Below, in pieces: positions 51,377-60,232 of a stretch of 64,000 nt of DNA. The position numbers were made by a program, and so were the translations under genes. How positions within the stretch are numbered: the stretch's first letter is position 1; each line of letters opens with the position of its first letter. This DNA is from an uncultured Chloroflexia bacterium (GTDB lineage Bacteria > Chloroflexota > Limnocylindria > QHBO01). The stretch covers positions 736,001 to 800,000 of the forward strand of contig CAWHAZ010000005.1 in the NCBI GenBank assembly GCA_963827475.1, in the 5' to 3' direction. The notes under the pieces are model-generated. The model saw only the letters and a list, made by a program, of their open reading frames with translations, did not search any database and was not told the DNA's origin.

Positions 51377-52758
51377 CCCACATCGAAATCGCCGAGGACG
51401 TTCAGCCGGGGAGCCTTCCTCCTGGAACGAGCAGCGTCTTCCGCAACCGGAACTTCGTGTTGTTGTGGACGGCCCAGGTCCTGAGCCAGCTGGCGAGCAA
51501 CATGGTCCTCGCCGCGCTCATGGCGGTGGTGGTCGGGACGACCGGCTCGAACACGGCGAACGCCATCCTGATCCTGACCTTCCTCGCCCCGGCGGTCGTC
51601 TTCAGCGCCGTCGCCGGCGTCTTCGTCGAACGCAGCGACGCGCGGATGATCATGCTGCTGTCGAACCTGGGCCGCGCGGTCGGCACGGCCCTGTTCATCG
51701 CCGTCGGCGCGAACGTCTTCCTCATCCTGGTCCTGAACTTCGTGATCTCGACCATCAGCGCATTCTTCGGTCCGGCGGAGCTGATCGCGATCACCCGGCT
51801 CCTCGAGCGCCGGCACCTGATGGCCGCGAACTCGGTGTTCATCCTCACCGTGAATGCCACCTTCGGGATCGGCTTCGGGCTGGTGGGGCCGCTGATCCTG
51901 ACCACGCTCGGCGCGAACGCGGTGTACGTCGTGGTGTCCGTGATGTTCGCGCTCGCCGCGCTGGCGATCGTGCCGCTGCCCAGCGTCAAGCCCGAGAAGG
52001 CGCCGCGGCCGTTCGACGCCCGCATGCTCACCCACGTCGTCGAGGAGCTTCGGGAGGGGATTGCCTTCGTCCAGCGCACCCCGAGGATCGCCTGGTCGCT
52101 GCGCTACCTCGGCATCGGGGCCTCGATCATCGGTGTCCTCGGCGCGCTCGGCCCGGGCTACGCGACCAGCGTCCTCGGCCTCAGCGCGGAGGACATCTTC
52201 TTCATCATGGGCCCGGCCGGCCTGGGCGCGGTGATGGGCATCCTGTTCCTGAACTCGTTCGGGCAGTACATCCCGCGCCGGCTGCTGATCGACGTCGGCC
52301 TGATCCTGGTCGCCGTCATGCTGCTCGGGATCGCGCTCGTGCAGCCGCTGGTCGCCGTGCTCAGCCCCGCGCTGCAGCCGATCGAGGAGAACCTCCCCGA
52401 CCTGCTCGGCGCGCTGCTGTCGGTGATTGCCCTGGTGATCGCGATTGCCTTCGGCGCCGGGATCGCCTACGCCCTGATCGCGATCCCGTCCCAGACCGCG
52501 CTCCAGGAAGAGCTCCCGCCGGACGTCCGCGGCCGAATCTTCGGCATCCTGAACACGCTGCTCTCGGTCGCCAGCTTCCTGCCGGTCCTCGCCGCTCCGA
52601 TCCTGGCCGACGTGATGGACATCTTCTTCCCGGGGCTGGGCATCCCGATCGTCCTGTTCGCGCTGTCCGCCTTCATGATGTGGGTCGGCGCCGTCTCCTG
52701 GCGCAACAACGCGAGGGACGGCCTGCACCGGCGCGAGGAGCCCGGCCAGCCCGCCTGA
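51373..52758 (+). CDS. MFS transporter
   Basis: About 12 TMs; 'RN..F..LW.AQ..SQ', 'QTALQ...P...RGR.FG'. Confidence 0.9.
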   Translation: MTHIEIAEDVQPGSLPPGTSSVFRNRNFVLLWTAQVLSQLASNMVLAALMAVVVGTTGSNTANAILILTFLAPAVVFSAVAGVFVERSDARMIMLLSNLGRAVGTALFIAVGANVFLILVLNFVISTISAFFGPAELIAITRLLERRHLMAANSVFILTVNATFGIGFGLVGPLILTTLGANAVYVVVSVMFALAALAIVPLPSVKPEKAPRPFDARMLTHVVEELREGIAFVQRTPRIAWSLRYLGIGASIIGVLGALGPGYATSVLGLSAEDIFFIMGPAGLGAVMGILFLNSFGQYIPRRLLIDVGLILVAVMLLGIALVQPLVAVLSPALQPIEENLPDLLGALLSVIALVIAIAFGAGIAYALIAIPSQTALQEELPPDVRGRIFGILNTLLSVASFLPVLAAPILADVMDIFFPGLGIPIVLFALSAFMMWVGAVSWRNNARDGLHRREEPGQPA

Positions 52759-52846
52759 TCCCGCTGCGCTCACCCCGCGGCCTGACCCGGTCCGCTCGAG
52801 CTTCGACCCTTGCGGCCGCGGCGTACCATGCCGCGAGGAGTTGAGC

Positions 52847-53104
52847 ATGACCGACCCCAAGGACCCGTCCCGGTCATTCGACATTGACACCGGCGAGACG
52901 ACACCGGTCGGTCCGGGCTGGAAGTCGTCGACCTTCGACCCGCACGTCGTCGACTTCGGCCACTACGCCGGGCGCTCCATCGAGGAGCTGGGGGAGACCG
53001 ATCCGGCGTACCTCTACTGGCTCGCCCGCCATCCTGCGGGCGCTCGCTACCGGGAGGAGATCGCCCGCGTGCTCGGGAACCTGCGAGCCCCGGCCGAGTA
53101 CTAG
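52847..53104 (+). CDS. Small protein with FGxY...DP.YL.WL motif (DUF3820/ExoX C-terminal-like)
   Basis: 'DFGHYAGRSIEEL...DPAYLYWL'. Confidence 0.65.
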   Translation: MTDPKDPSRSFDIDTGETTPVGPGWKSSTFDPHVVDFGHYAGRSIEELGETDPAYLYWLARHPAGARYREEIARVLGNLRAPAEY

Positions 53105-53111
53105 CCGGGCG

Positions 53112-53381
53112 CTAGGCCACGGCCGCCAGCGTCGTGAAGGCGCCGATCAGGCCACTGCCCGCCGAAAGCCACAGCCAGCCGCGACGCCGGCCCACGATCA
53201 GGGCGGCGACCAGGGCGCCGGCAACCTTGACCGCCGCCACCAGCGGCAGTCCGCCCACCGCGAACAGCTCGCGCGCGACGGGGTTCGCCTCGCCGGCGAT
53301 GCCATAGAGACCGATGGCCAGGCCGAACACCGCGAGATCGGCGAGATGGGTGGCGATGGTGGCGGTAACCGGGCCGGTCAT
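53112..53381 (-). CDS. Small membrane protein (DUF5658-like)
   Basis: 'D...F......GEANP', hydrophobic. Confidence 0.55.
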   Translation of the reverse strand: MTGPVTATIATHLADLAVFGLAIGLYGIAGEANPVARELFAVGGLPLVAAVKVAGALVAALIVGRRRGWLWLSAGSGLIGAFTTLAAVA

Positions 53382-53462
53382 GATTCATCCTCGGGTGCGG
53401 GGTCACCGTACTCCGGACCGGCGCATGCTCGCTGGCCAGGCGGCTGATTCGCGGTCCCTGAA

Positions 53463-53492
53463 TTGACCGTCCGCGGCGCGGTCCGGCACAAT
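53463..53492 (+). promoter_or_regulatory. Sigma-70 promoter of tRNA-Val
   Basis: TTGACC-N18-CACAAT, 11 nt upstream of the tRNA. Confidence 0.65.
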
Positions 53493-53503
53493 CGGCTCCC
53501 CTC

Positions 53504-53580
53504 GGGCGGCTAGCTCAGCTGGTTAGAGCACTTGCTTGACATGCAAGAGGTCACTGGTTCGAGTCCAGTGTCGCCCACCA
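53504..53580 (+). tRNA. tRNA-Val (GAC)
   Basis: Anticodon arm CTTGC-TTGACAT-GCAAG, GGTTCGAGTCC, CCA. Confidence 0.97.
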
Positions 53581-53632
53581 CTACCGATTCACCCTCCGCG
53601 TCAGCGCCTGAGCGCGTCTAGACTCTCGGCCC

Positions 53633-54016
53633 ATGCCGCGCGACCCGAACATTCCCGAGGCATTCGACGTCTACACGCTGGTCCTGCTGCGTCGACCGCC
53701 CGATGCGCCGGAGATGTCCGACGAGGAGCTCGACGCCCTCCAGGCCCGCCACCTCGCGTACCGAGCGGAGCTCCGTCGCCAGGGCATGCTGGTCGTCAAC
53801 GGCCCGTTGGGCGAGCAGTCTGACACGACCTTGCGCGGCCTCTCGATCTTCGCCTGCGGCCTCGATGAAGCCGCGCGGCTCAGTGACGCCGATCCATCGG
53901 TCCAGGCCGGGCGCCTGGCGTACGACCTCATGGAGTGGTGGGTGGCGGCCGACACCCTCGCGTTCCCGGGAGCGCAGCAGACGGTCGGTGTCCGGCGCGC
54001 GTTGCCCGAGGACTGA
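53633..54016 (+). CDS. YciI family protein
   Basis: 'HLAY', 'GP', 'DP.V.AG'. Confidence 0.8.
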   Translation: MPRDPNIPEAFDVYTLVLLRRPPDAPEMSDEELDALQARHLAYRAELRRQGMLVVNGPLGEQSDTTLRGLSIFACGLDEAARLSDADPSVQAGRLAYDLMEWWVAADTLAFPGAQQTVGVRRALPED

Positions 54017-54083
54017 TCCTCGCAAGGCGCCTCGACCCTTGAAGGCTCGGACGACCTCCAGGAGCAGAGGCTAGGCTTCAGGC

Positions 54084-55946
54084 GTGCCTCTGACCACGGA
54101 ACCCGCGACGGCGGTGCGCACGGACCTGCGCAACCTCGCGATCATCGCCCACGTCGACCACGGCAAGACGACGCTGGTGGACGCCATGCTGCGCCAGACC
54201 GGGACGTTTCGCGCCAACGAGGCGCTGGTCGATCGGGTCATGGATTCCATGGATCTCGAACGGGAGCGCGGGATCACGATCCTCGCCAAGCAGACGACCG
54301 TGGACTACCAGGGCGTCCGCCTGAACATCGTCGACACGCCCGGCCATGCCGATTTCGGGGGCGAGGTGGAGCGGTCCCTCCTGATGGTGGACGCCGTGCT
54401 GCTGCTGGTCGACGCCTCGGAGGGCCCATTGCCGCAGACCCGCTACGTCCTGCGCAAGGCGATGGAGCACCGCCTCCCGGTGATCGTGGCGCTCAACAAG
54501 ATCGATCGGTCCGACGCCCGCCCGGCAGAGGTGCTGGATGACGTCTACGAGCTGTTCATCGACCTCGGCGCCGACGAGCACCAGATCGAGTTCCCGGTCG
54601 TGTACACCAACGCCAAGGCGGGGACGGCCACCCGGGATCTGGGAACGCCCGGCACGGACCTGCGCCCGCTGCTGGACGTCCTGGTCGCGGTGACTCCCGC
54701 ACCGACCTATACCGATGGCCATCCGCTCCAGCTGCTCGTGACCAACCTGTCGGCCAACGACTACGTCGGGCGGATGGCCGTGGGGCGGATCCGGAACGGG
54801 ACGATTCGGACCGGGCAGCGGATCACCGTCGTCCGCGAGGAAGCCGCCGATACCGCCGGGGAGGTCGAGCCGGGTCGAACCGTGACCCTCGCCGGGACCG
54901 TCACCGCGCTCCAGACCGCGCGCGGGATCGACCGGGTGGACATCGCCGACGCCGGGCCGGGAGACATCGTGTCCGTGGCCGGCCTTCCCGAGGTGACCAT
55001 CGGCGACACCCTGACCGATCCAGCCGACCCGCGACCGCTGCCCCGGTTGGACGTGGACGAGCCCACCCTGCGGATGACCTTCGGGGTGAACACCTCGCCC
55101 CTTGCCGGTCGCGACGGGAAGCGGCTCACCACCCGCCAGATCCGGTCGCGGCTCGAGAAGGAGGTGCTGGGCAACGTCTCGATCGAGTTCGCGCCGACCG
55201 CCACCGAGGACGTGTTCGAGGTTCGGGGCCGTGGAGAGCTCCAGCTGGCCGTCCTGATCGAGCAGATGCGCCGCGAGGGGTACGAGCTGACCGTCAGCCG
55301 ACCCGAGGTGATCCTGCGGACGGTGGACGGGGAGACCGAGGAGCCGTACGAGCGGATCACGGTCGACATCCCGCCCGACTACATCGGTCCGGTCCAGACC
55401 GCGCTGGCGGCCCGGAAGGCCCGCCTGGAGCAGATGACGACCGATGCGGACGGGCGTGTTCGGCTCGAATACATCATTCCCACCCGCGGCCTGATCGGGT
55501 ATCGCGGCCAGCTCCTGACCGAGACGCGGGGGACGGCGCTGCTCCACCAGATCGGCGAGGGGTATGGGCCGTGGGCCGGCGAGGTCACCCACCGGACGAA
55601 TGGGGTCCTGGTGGCCGATCGGTCGGGGACCTCCACCGCCTATGCCCTGTTCAACCTCCAGGAGCGCTCCGAGCTGCTCATCGGCTCGGGGGAGGAGGTC
55701 TACGAGGGCATGATCGTGGGCGAGAACGCGCGGAGCGGCGACATGGACGTGAACCCCACCAAGGAAAAGAAGATGTCCAATGTCCGGTCCCATGGCCCGG
55801 AGGACTCGCTCCGGCTGACGCCGCCGCCGCCCGTGACCCTGGAGTCGGCGATCGAGTTCATCGCCGCCGACGAGCTGGTCGAGGTGACCCCCAGCGCGAT
55901 CCGGATGCGGAAGCGGGTTCTTCGCCGAGACGATCGCCCGCGCTGA
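54084..55946 (+). CDS. typA: Translational GTPase TypA/BipA
   Basis: '[13 protein letters not shown]', '[11 protein letters not shown]', 'GRGELQL', 'PTRGLIG', 'VEVTP..IR.RK'. Confidence 0.97.
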   Translation: MPLTTEPATAVRTDLRNLAIIAHVDHGKTTLVDAMLRQTGTFRANEALVDRVMDSMDLERERGITILAKQTTVDYQGVRLNIVDTPGHADFGGEVERSLLMVDAVLLLVDASEGPLPQTRYVLRKAMEHRLPVIVALNKIDRSDARPAEVLDDVYELFIDLGADEHQIEFPVVYTNAKAGTATRDLGTPGTDLRPLLDVLVAVTPAPTYTDGHPLQLLVTNLSANDYVGRMAVGRIRNGTIRTGQRITVVREEAADTAGEVEPGRTVTLAGTVTALQTARGIDRVDIADAGPGDIVSVAGLPEVTIGDTLTDPADPRPLPRLDVDEPTLRMTFGVNTSPLAGRDGKRLTTRQIRSRLEKEVLGNVSIEFAPTATEDVFEVRGRGELQLAVLIEQMRREGYELTVSRPEVILRTVDGETEEPYERITVDIPPDYIGPVQTALAARKARLEQMTTDADGRVRLEYIIPTRGLIGYRGQLLTETRGTALLHQIGEGYGPWAGEVTHRTNGVLVADRSGTSTAYALFNLQERSELLIGSGEEVYEGMIVGENARSGDMDVNPTKEKKMSNVRSHGPEDSLRLTPPPPVTLESAIEFIAADELVEVTPSAIRMRKRVLRRDDRPR

Positions 55947-55976
55947 ACGGGCGGTGGTCCGGCTATCCTCCGGCCC

Positions 55977-56525
55977 ATGCAGCACGCCGCCACTGGCACG
56001 CACGACCCGGACCCGATCGACGAGCCAAAGGCCTACCAGGATCTGCTCGTCGGGCTCGTCGGCGACGACGACCCGGCCGAGGTCCAGGCCGCCACGCCCG
56101 GCGTCATGCGGGCCATCCTCGCGGAGGCTGGGTCCGACGCGAGGACCAGGCCGGAGGCGGGGGAGTGGTCGGTCCTCGAGTGCGTGGCGCACATCAGCGA
56201 TGCCGAGATCGTCTATGCCGGCCGCTACCGATGGATCCTGGCCCACGACCAGCCCGAGCTCATCGGCTACGACCAGGACCTGTGGGTCGACCGGCTTCAT
56301 CAGCCGGTCGAAGACGCCGCGCAGCTGCTCGCCCTGTTCGAGCCCCTTCGACAGGCGAACCTCGCCCTCTGGGCGCGGACGCCCGCTGCCGACCGCGAGC
56401 GGGTCGGTCTCCATCGCGAGCGGGGACCGGAGAGCTTCGCGCTGTCCTTCACCCTGATCGCGGGGCACGACCGGCTCCACCTCGCGCAGGCGCGGCGCGC
56501 CCTCGAGCAGGTGCGAGGGGGCTGA
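55977..56525 (+). CDS. DinB family protein
   Basis: 'P..GEWS..E...H..D.E', 'H...H'. Confidence 0.85.
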   Translation: MQHAATGTHDPDPIDEPKAYQDLLVGLVGDDDPAEVQAATPGVMRAILAEAGSDARTRPEAGEWSVLECVAHISDAEIVYAGRYRWILAHDQPELIGYDQDLWVDRLHQPVEDAAQLLALFEPLRQANLALWARTPAADRERVGLHRERGPESFALSFTLIAGHDRLHLAQARRALEQVRGG

Positions 56526-56528
56526 TCG

Positions 56529-56969
56529 CTGACCATCCTGCTCCTGATCCACGTCATCGCCGCGATCGTGGCGGTCGGCGCCAACCTGACGTATGCGATC
56601 TGGTTCCGCGCGGCGGGCACCGACCAGGATCGGCTCGTGTTCGTGATCCGGACCGTGCGCGCGATCGACAGCCGGGTCGCGAACCCGGCCTACATCGTGC
56701 TGCTGATCACCGGCGTGCTCATGGTCCTGAGCGGCGCCTACAGCTTCACGACCGGTTGGATCCTGGCGGCCATCGGCCTGTACATCGCGACCGCGGTGAT
56801 CGGGATCGCGGCCTTTGGTCCGGCCATCCGGCGCCAGCTGGTCGAGGCCGAGCGTGGCGTGGACTCGGACGCCTACCGGGCCGCCGCCTCGCGCTCAACG
56901 GCGTTCGGCATCCTGACCACCGTCCTCGTCCTGCTCATCGTCGTGCTGATGGTGACCAAGCCGTTCTGA
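56529..56969 (+). CDS. DUF2269-like membrane protein (start uncertain)
   Basis: 'HV.AAIVA.G', 'LMVTKPF' C-terminus. Confidence 0.78.
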   Translation: MTILLLIHVIAAIVAVGANLTYAIWFRAAGTDQDRLVFVIRTVRAIDSRVANPAYIVLLITGVLMVLSGAYSFTTGWILAAIGLYIATAVIGIAAFGPAIRRQLVEAERGVDSDAYRAAASRSTAFGILTTVLVLLIVVLMVTKPF

Positions 56970-57030
56970 CCCCGGTCCGCGGTACCTATCTCCCATATCG
57001 GGCGGAGGCTCCGCCCGCCACCCTCCGGCC

Positions 57031-57207
57031 ATGCCGTTCCTGCCGGCAGAGCCGATCACCATCCTGTTGACCCTCGGTGGCCTCATCCTGGGCACCATGG
57101 CCTACGCTCGCATCCTGCGCCGGCGCCACCAGGTCCGGCGGATGGATCGCGAGGCGGACGCCGAGCAGCTCCGAGGCCTCGTCCGCGTCACCCTGATCGG
57201 CCACTGA
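57031..57207 (+). CDS. 58-aa single-TM hypothetical protein
   Basis: MPFLPAEPITILLTLGGLILGTMAYAR...; below the ORF-track cutoff. Confidence 0.4.
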   Translation: MPFLPAEPITILLTLGGLILGTMAYARILRRRHQVRRMDREADAEQLRGLVRVTLIGH

Positions 57208-57272
57208 GCCGCCTCCGGCGCGTGGCGCCGGACCCTTCCCGCGCGGACGCGCCGGCGCTACCATGAGCGGCC

Positions 57273-57695
57273 ATGGACGTCGAAGCCGCGCTCGCGGCCA
57301 CCCCACTCCTGTCGAGCATCGACAAGAAGACGATCAAGCGCCTCGCCGAGCAGGGAAAGCACCGCCACTACGAAGCCGGCGAGACGATCGTGCGCGAAGG
57401 TGCGCCGGCATCCGCGCTGTACATCATCCTGAGCGGCAAGGTTCACGTCGAGCGGTCGGAGGGGGACGGCGCCCCGGTCGCGCTGCTGGGCCCGGGCGAC
57501 TTCTTCGGGGAGCTGGCGCTCATCGAGGAGCACCCCCGCAGCGCGAGCTGCGTGGCGGACACCCCGACCGATTGCATCCTGTTCGTGGCCTGGGAGTTCA
57601 CCGCGCTGCTGAAGGAATACCCGGACATGGCGATCCCGCTCATGAACGCGCTGATCGCCCGCCTCCACCGCCGCGAGCACCACATCATCCCCTAG
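57273..57695 (+). CDS. Cyclic nucleotide-binding domain protein
   Basis: 'I.REG......YII..G', 'GD.FGELALI...PRSA'. Confidence 0.92.
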   Translation: MDVEAALAATPLLSSIDKKTIKRLAEQGKHRHYEAGETIVREGAPASALYIILSGKVHVERSEGDGAPVALLGPGDFFGELALIEEHPRSASCVADTPTDCILFVAWEFTALLKEYPDMAIPLMNALIARLHRREHHIIP

Positions 57696-58294
57696 GGCTG
57701 GAGCCGCCTCCGGTCCCACCCGCCGTCCGGTCGGCGGCGATACTCGATTCGGTCGTGCAGCCGGTCCTCCCGGCTTTCCCACAGCTCCACCACCTCCGGC
57801 ATGAGCCGATAGCCGCCCCAGAAGGGCGGCCGCGGGATGGGCCGGTCAGCGAACCGGGCGGCCGTGGCCTCCACCCGGGCCTCCAGCGCCGCCCGATCCG
57901 CGATCGGCTCGCTCTGCGCCGATGCCCAGGCCGCGAGCTGGTGGCCGGCCGGCCGTGAGGCCCAGTAGGCGTCAGATTCGGCGTCGGGGAGCGGCTGCAC
58001 CGGACCGCTGACCCGGACCTGGCGGTTCGTGCGCTCCCACCAGAACACGGCGGCGGCGTACGGGTTGACGACCAGGTCACGGCCCTTGGCGCTGTCGCGG
58101 TTGGTGTAGAAGCGCAGGCCGTCCGGCTCGATCCCGCCGAGCAGCACGAACCGCGCGCTGGGTCGGCCGTCCGCATCCGAGGTGGCCAGCGCGAATGCGG
58201 TCGGGAGCCGATGTCCGGCCGTCTCCGCCTCCGTCACCCAGTCCGCCAGCTCGACGAGCGGGTCGGAGTCGAGATCGTCCGGGTCCAGGGGCAT
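57692..58294 (-). CDS. pdxH: Pyridoxine/pyridoxamine 5'-phosphate oxidase
   Basis: 'P..R.VL', 'FYTN..S.K', 'RQVRV.G', 'S.QS', 'RLHDR', 'RLQP'. Confidence 0.95.
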   Translation of the reverse strand: MPLDPDDLDSDPLVELADWVTEAETAGHRLPTAFALATSDADGRPSARFVLLGGIEPDGLRFYTNRDSAKGRDLVVNPYAAAVFWWERTNRQVRVSGPVQPLPDAESDAYWASRPAGHQLAAWASAQSEPIADRAALEARVEATAARFADRPIPRPPFWGGYRLMPEVVELWESREDRLHDRIEYRRRPDGGWDRRRLQP

Positions 58295-58297
58295 CGG

Positions 58298-59525
58298 TCA
58301 GGACGGGGCTGAGGCCGGTCGCTCGGTGAGCACCTCGAGCAGGGCGTTGGCGAGGCGCTCGAACTGGTCGAGGTCGTTGTGGAGCGCGGCGCTGATCCGG
58401 ACCAGCCTTCGCCATGGGCCGCCGTCGGGGCGCTGGGGCCACGGAGTGACCATGACCTGGAAGCCACGGGCCAGCAGTCCGTCGTGGACCGGGTCCCCGT
58501 ACAGGTCCACGCCCTGGACCCGGCCCGCGGCCGACTCCTCGGGGAGCGGGACGCTGGCCATCGAGCCGATCATCGCGTCCGGAGCCGGCGCGGTGATGGC
58601 CAGCGCGGTGCACAGCAGGTCGCGGCCGCGAAGGGCGAGGTCACGGTTCCGCAGCCTGACCGCCGGCCACCCACCGGGCAGCAGCCCGCCGAGGAGCTCG
58701 ATGGCCTGTCGGGACCGCGAGCCACGCGCTCGGGTCGCGGGTGCCGGTCCAGTCGGACTCGAGCCGGAACCGCGACCGATCGGTCCGCTCGGAGTTCGCC
58801 CCGTGGCTGACGACCAGCGGGTGGAAGCTGTCTTGACGGTCGCGCCGGACGTGGATGAACGCCGCGCCCTTCGGGGCGCAGACCCACTTGTGCAGGTTGC
58901 CGGCGTAGTACGCCGCACCCAGCCGGTCGAGCTGGACGTCGAGCATTCCCGGCGCATGGGCGCCGTCGACGAGGGTATCGACCCCGCGGGCCGACAGCTC
59001 CGCCACCAGCTCGTCGACGGGGAAGGCAAGTGCGGTGGCCGAGGTGACGTGATCGACCACGGCGAGGCGGGTGCGCGGGGTGACCGCGGCGAGGACTCGG
59101 TCCAGTACGTCCTCGGGGCCGATGACCGGGAAGGGAAGCGGAACGGTCACCACCCGGGCACCGGCCGTGGCGGCCGCGGCCGCCAGGACGTTGCGGCAGG
59201 CGTTGTACTCGTGGTCGGTGGTCAGCAGCTCGTCGCCGGCGTGCAGCGGGAGCCAGCGGAGGACGGCGTTCACGGCCGTGGTCGCGTTGTCGACGAAGGC
59301 GAGGTCGTCCGGATCGGCGCCGACAAACGTGCCGAGCGCGCCGCGCGCCTCGTCGAGCAGGCCCTCCAGGTCGCGGGAGAAGAACGCGATCGGCTCCCGC
59401 TCCATCCGCTGCCGGATCGCGGCCTGGGCGTCGAGGACGGCGGTGGGAGTGGCGCCGAAGGTGCCGTGGTTCATGAAGTCGACCGTGGGGTCGAGCGGCC
59501 ACAGGGGTCGGAACTCGGACGGCAT
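58298..59525 (-). CDS. Class V aminotransferase (isopenicillin N epimerase/EgtE-like); frameshift near 58710
   Basis: 'NHGTFGA.P', 'VDGAHAPG', 'GNLHKW..APKG', 'WTGT.D', 'VRISA'. Confidence 0.88.
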
Positions 59526-59545
59526 GCGGCGGCTATCGTAGAACG

Positions 59546-60230
59546 ATGGCCTCGCCGCTCACCCCGGTCCTCTCCCCGCCGGCGGCGGTGATCTGCGACC
59601 TCGACGGGACGCTGGTGGACACCGTTCCGACGCGCATCGAGGCATGGATGGAGACGTTCGCCGCGGTCGGCCTGCCGGCCGACCGCGACCACGTCGCGTC
59701 CCTCATCGGCTCCGACGGGAAGTGGCTCGCGCGAGCGCGTTGCCGAGCGCGCGGACCGTGCCCTGACCGCCGACGAGGCCGAGGCCATCGATCGGCGCGC
59801 GGGAGCGCGGTACGGGGAGCTGAACACCGATCCCCAGCCGTTGCCCGGAGCCGGCGCGTTCCTCGATGCGCTCGAGGCAGCCCGGATCCCGTGGGCGGTG
59901 GCGACCTCCTCGCGGCCCGCCCAGGTCCAAGTGTCGGTCATCGCCCTCGCTCGAGAGACGGAGCCGGTGGTGGTCGACGGCCTCGCGGTCGAGCGGGCGA
60001 AGCCCGAACCGGATCTCCTGCTCGCGGCCGCCGACCGCCTGGGGATCCGCCCGGAGGATTGCTGGTGCGTCGGTGACTCCCGCTGGGACGTGCTCGCCGC
60101 CGTGGCCGCCGGCATGATCCCGGTTGGGGTGGTCACCGGCGCCGCCTCGGCGACCGACCTGCGCGCTGCCGGCGCGGTGGCCGTCGTCGATCGCCTGGAC
60201 GACCTCATCGGTCACCTTCGACCCGGCTGA
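59546..60230 (+). CDS. HAD family hydrolase; frameshift near 59735
   Basis: DLDGTL, 'ATSS', 'KPEPD', 'VGDS..D'. Confidence 0.88.
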
Positions 60231-60232
60231 CG

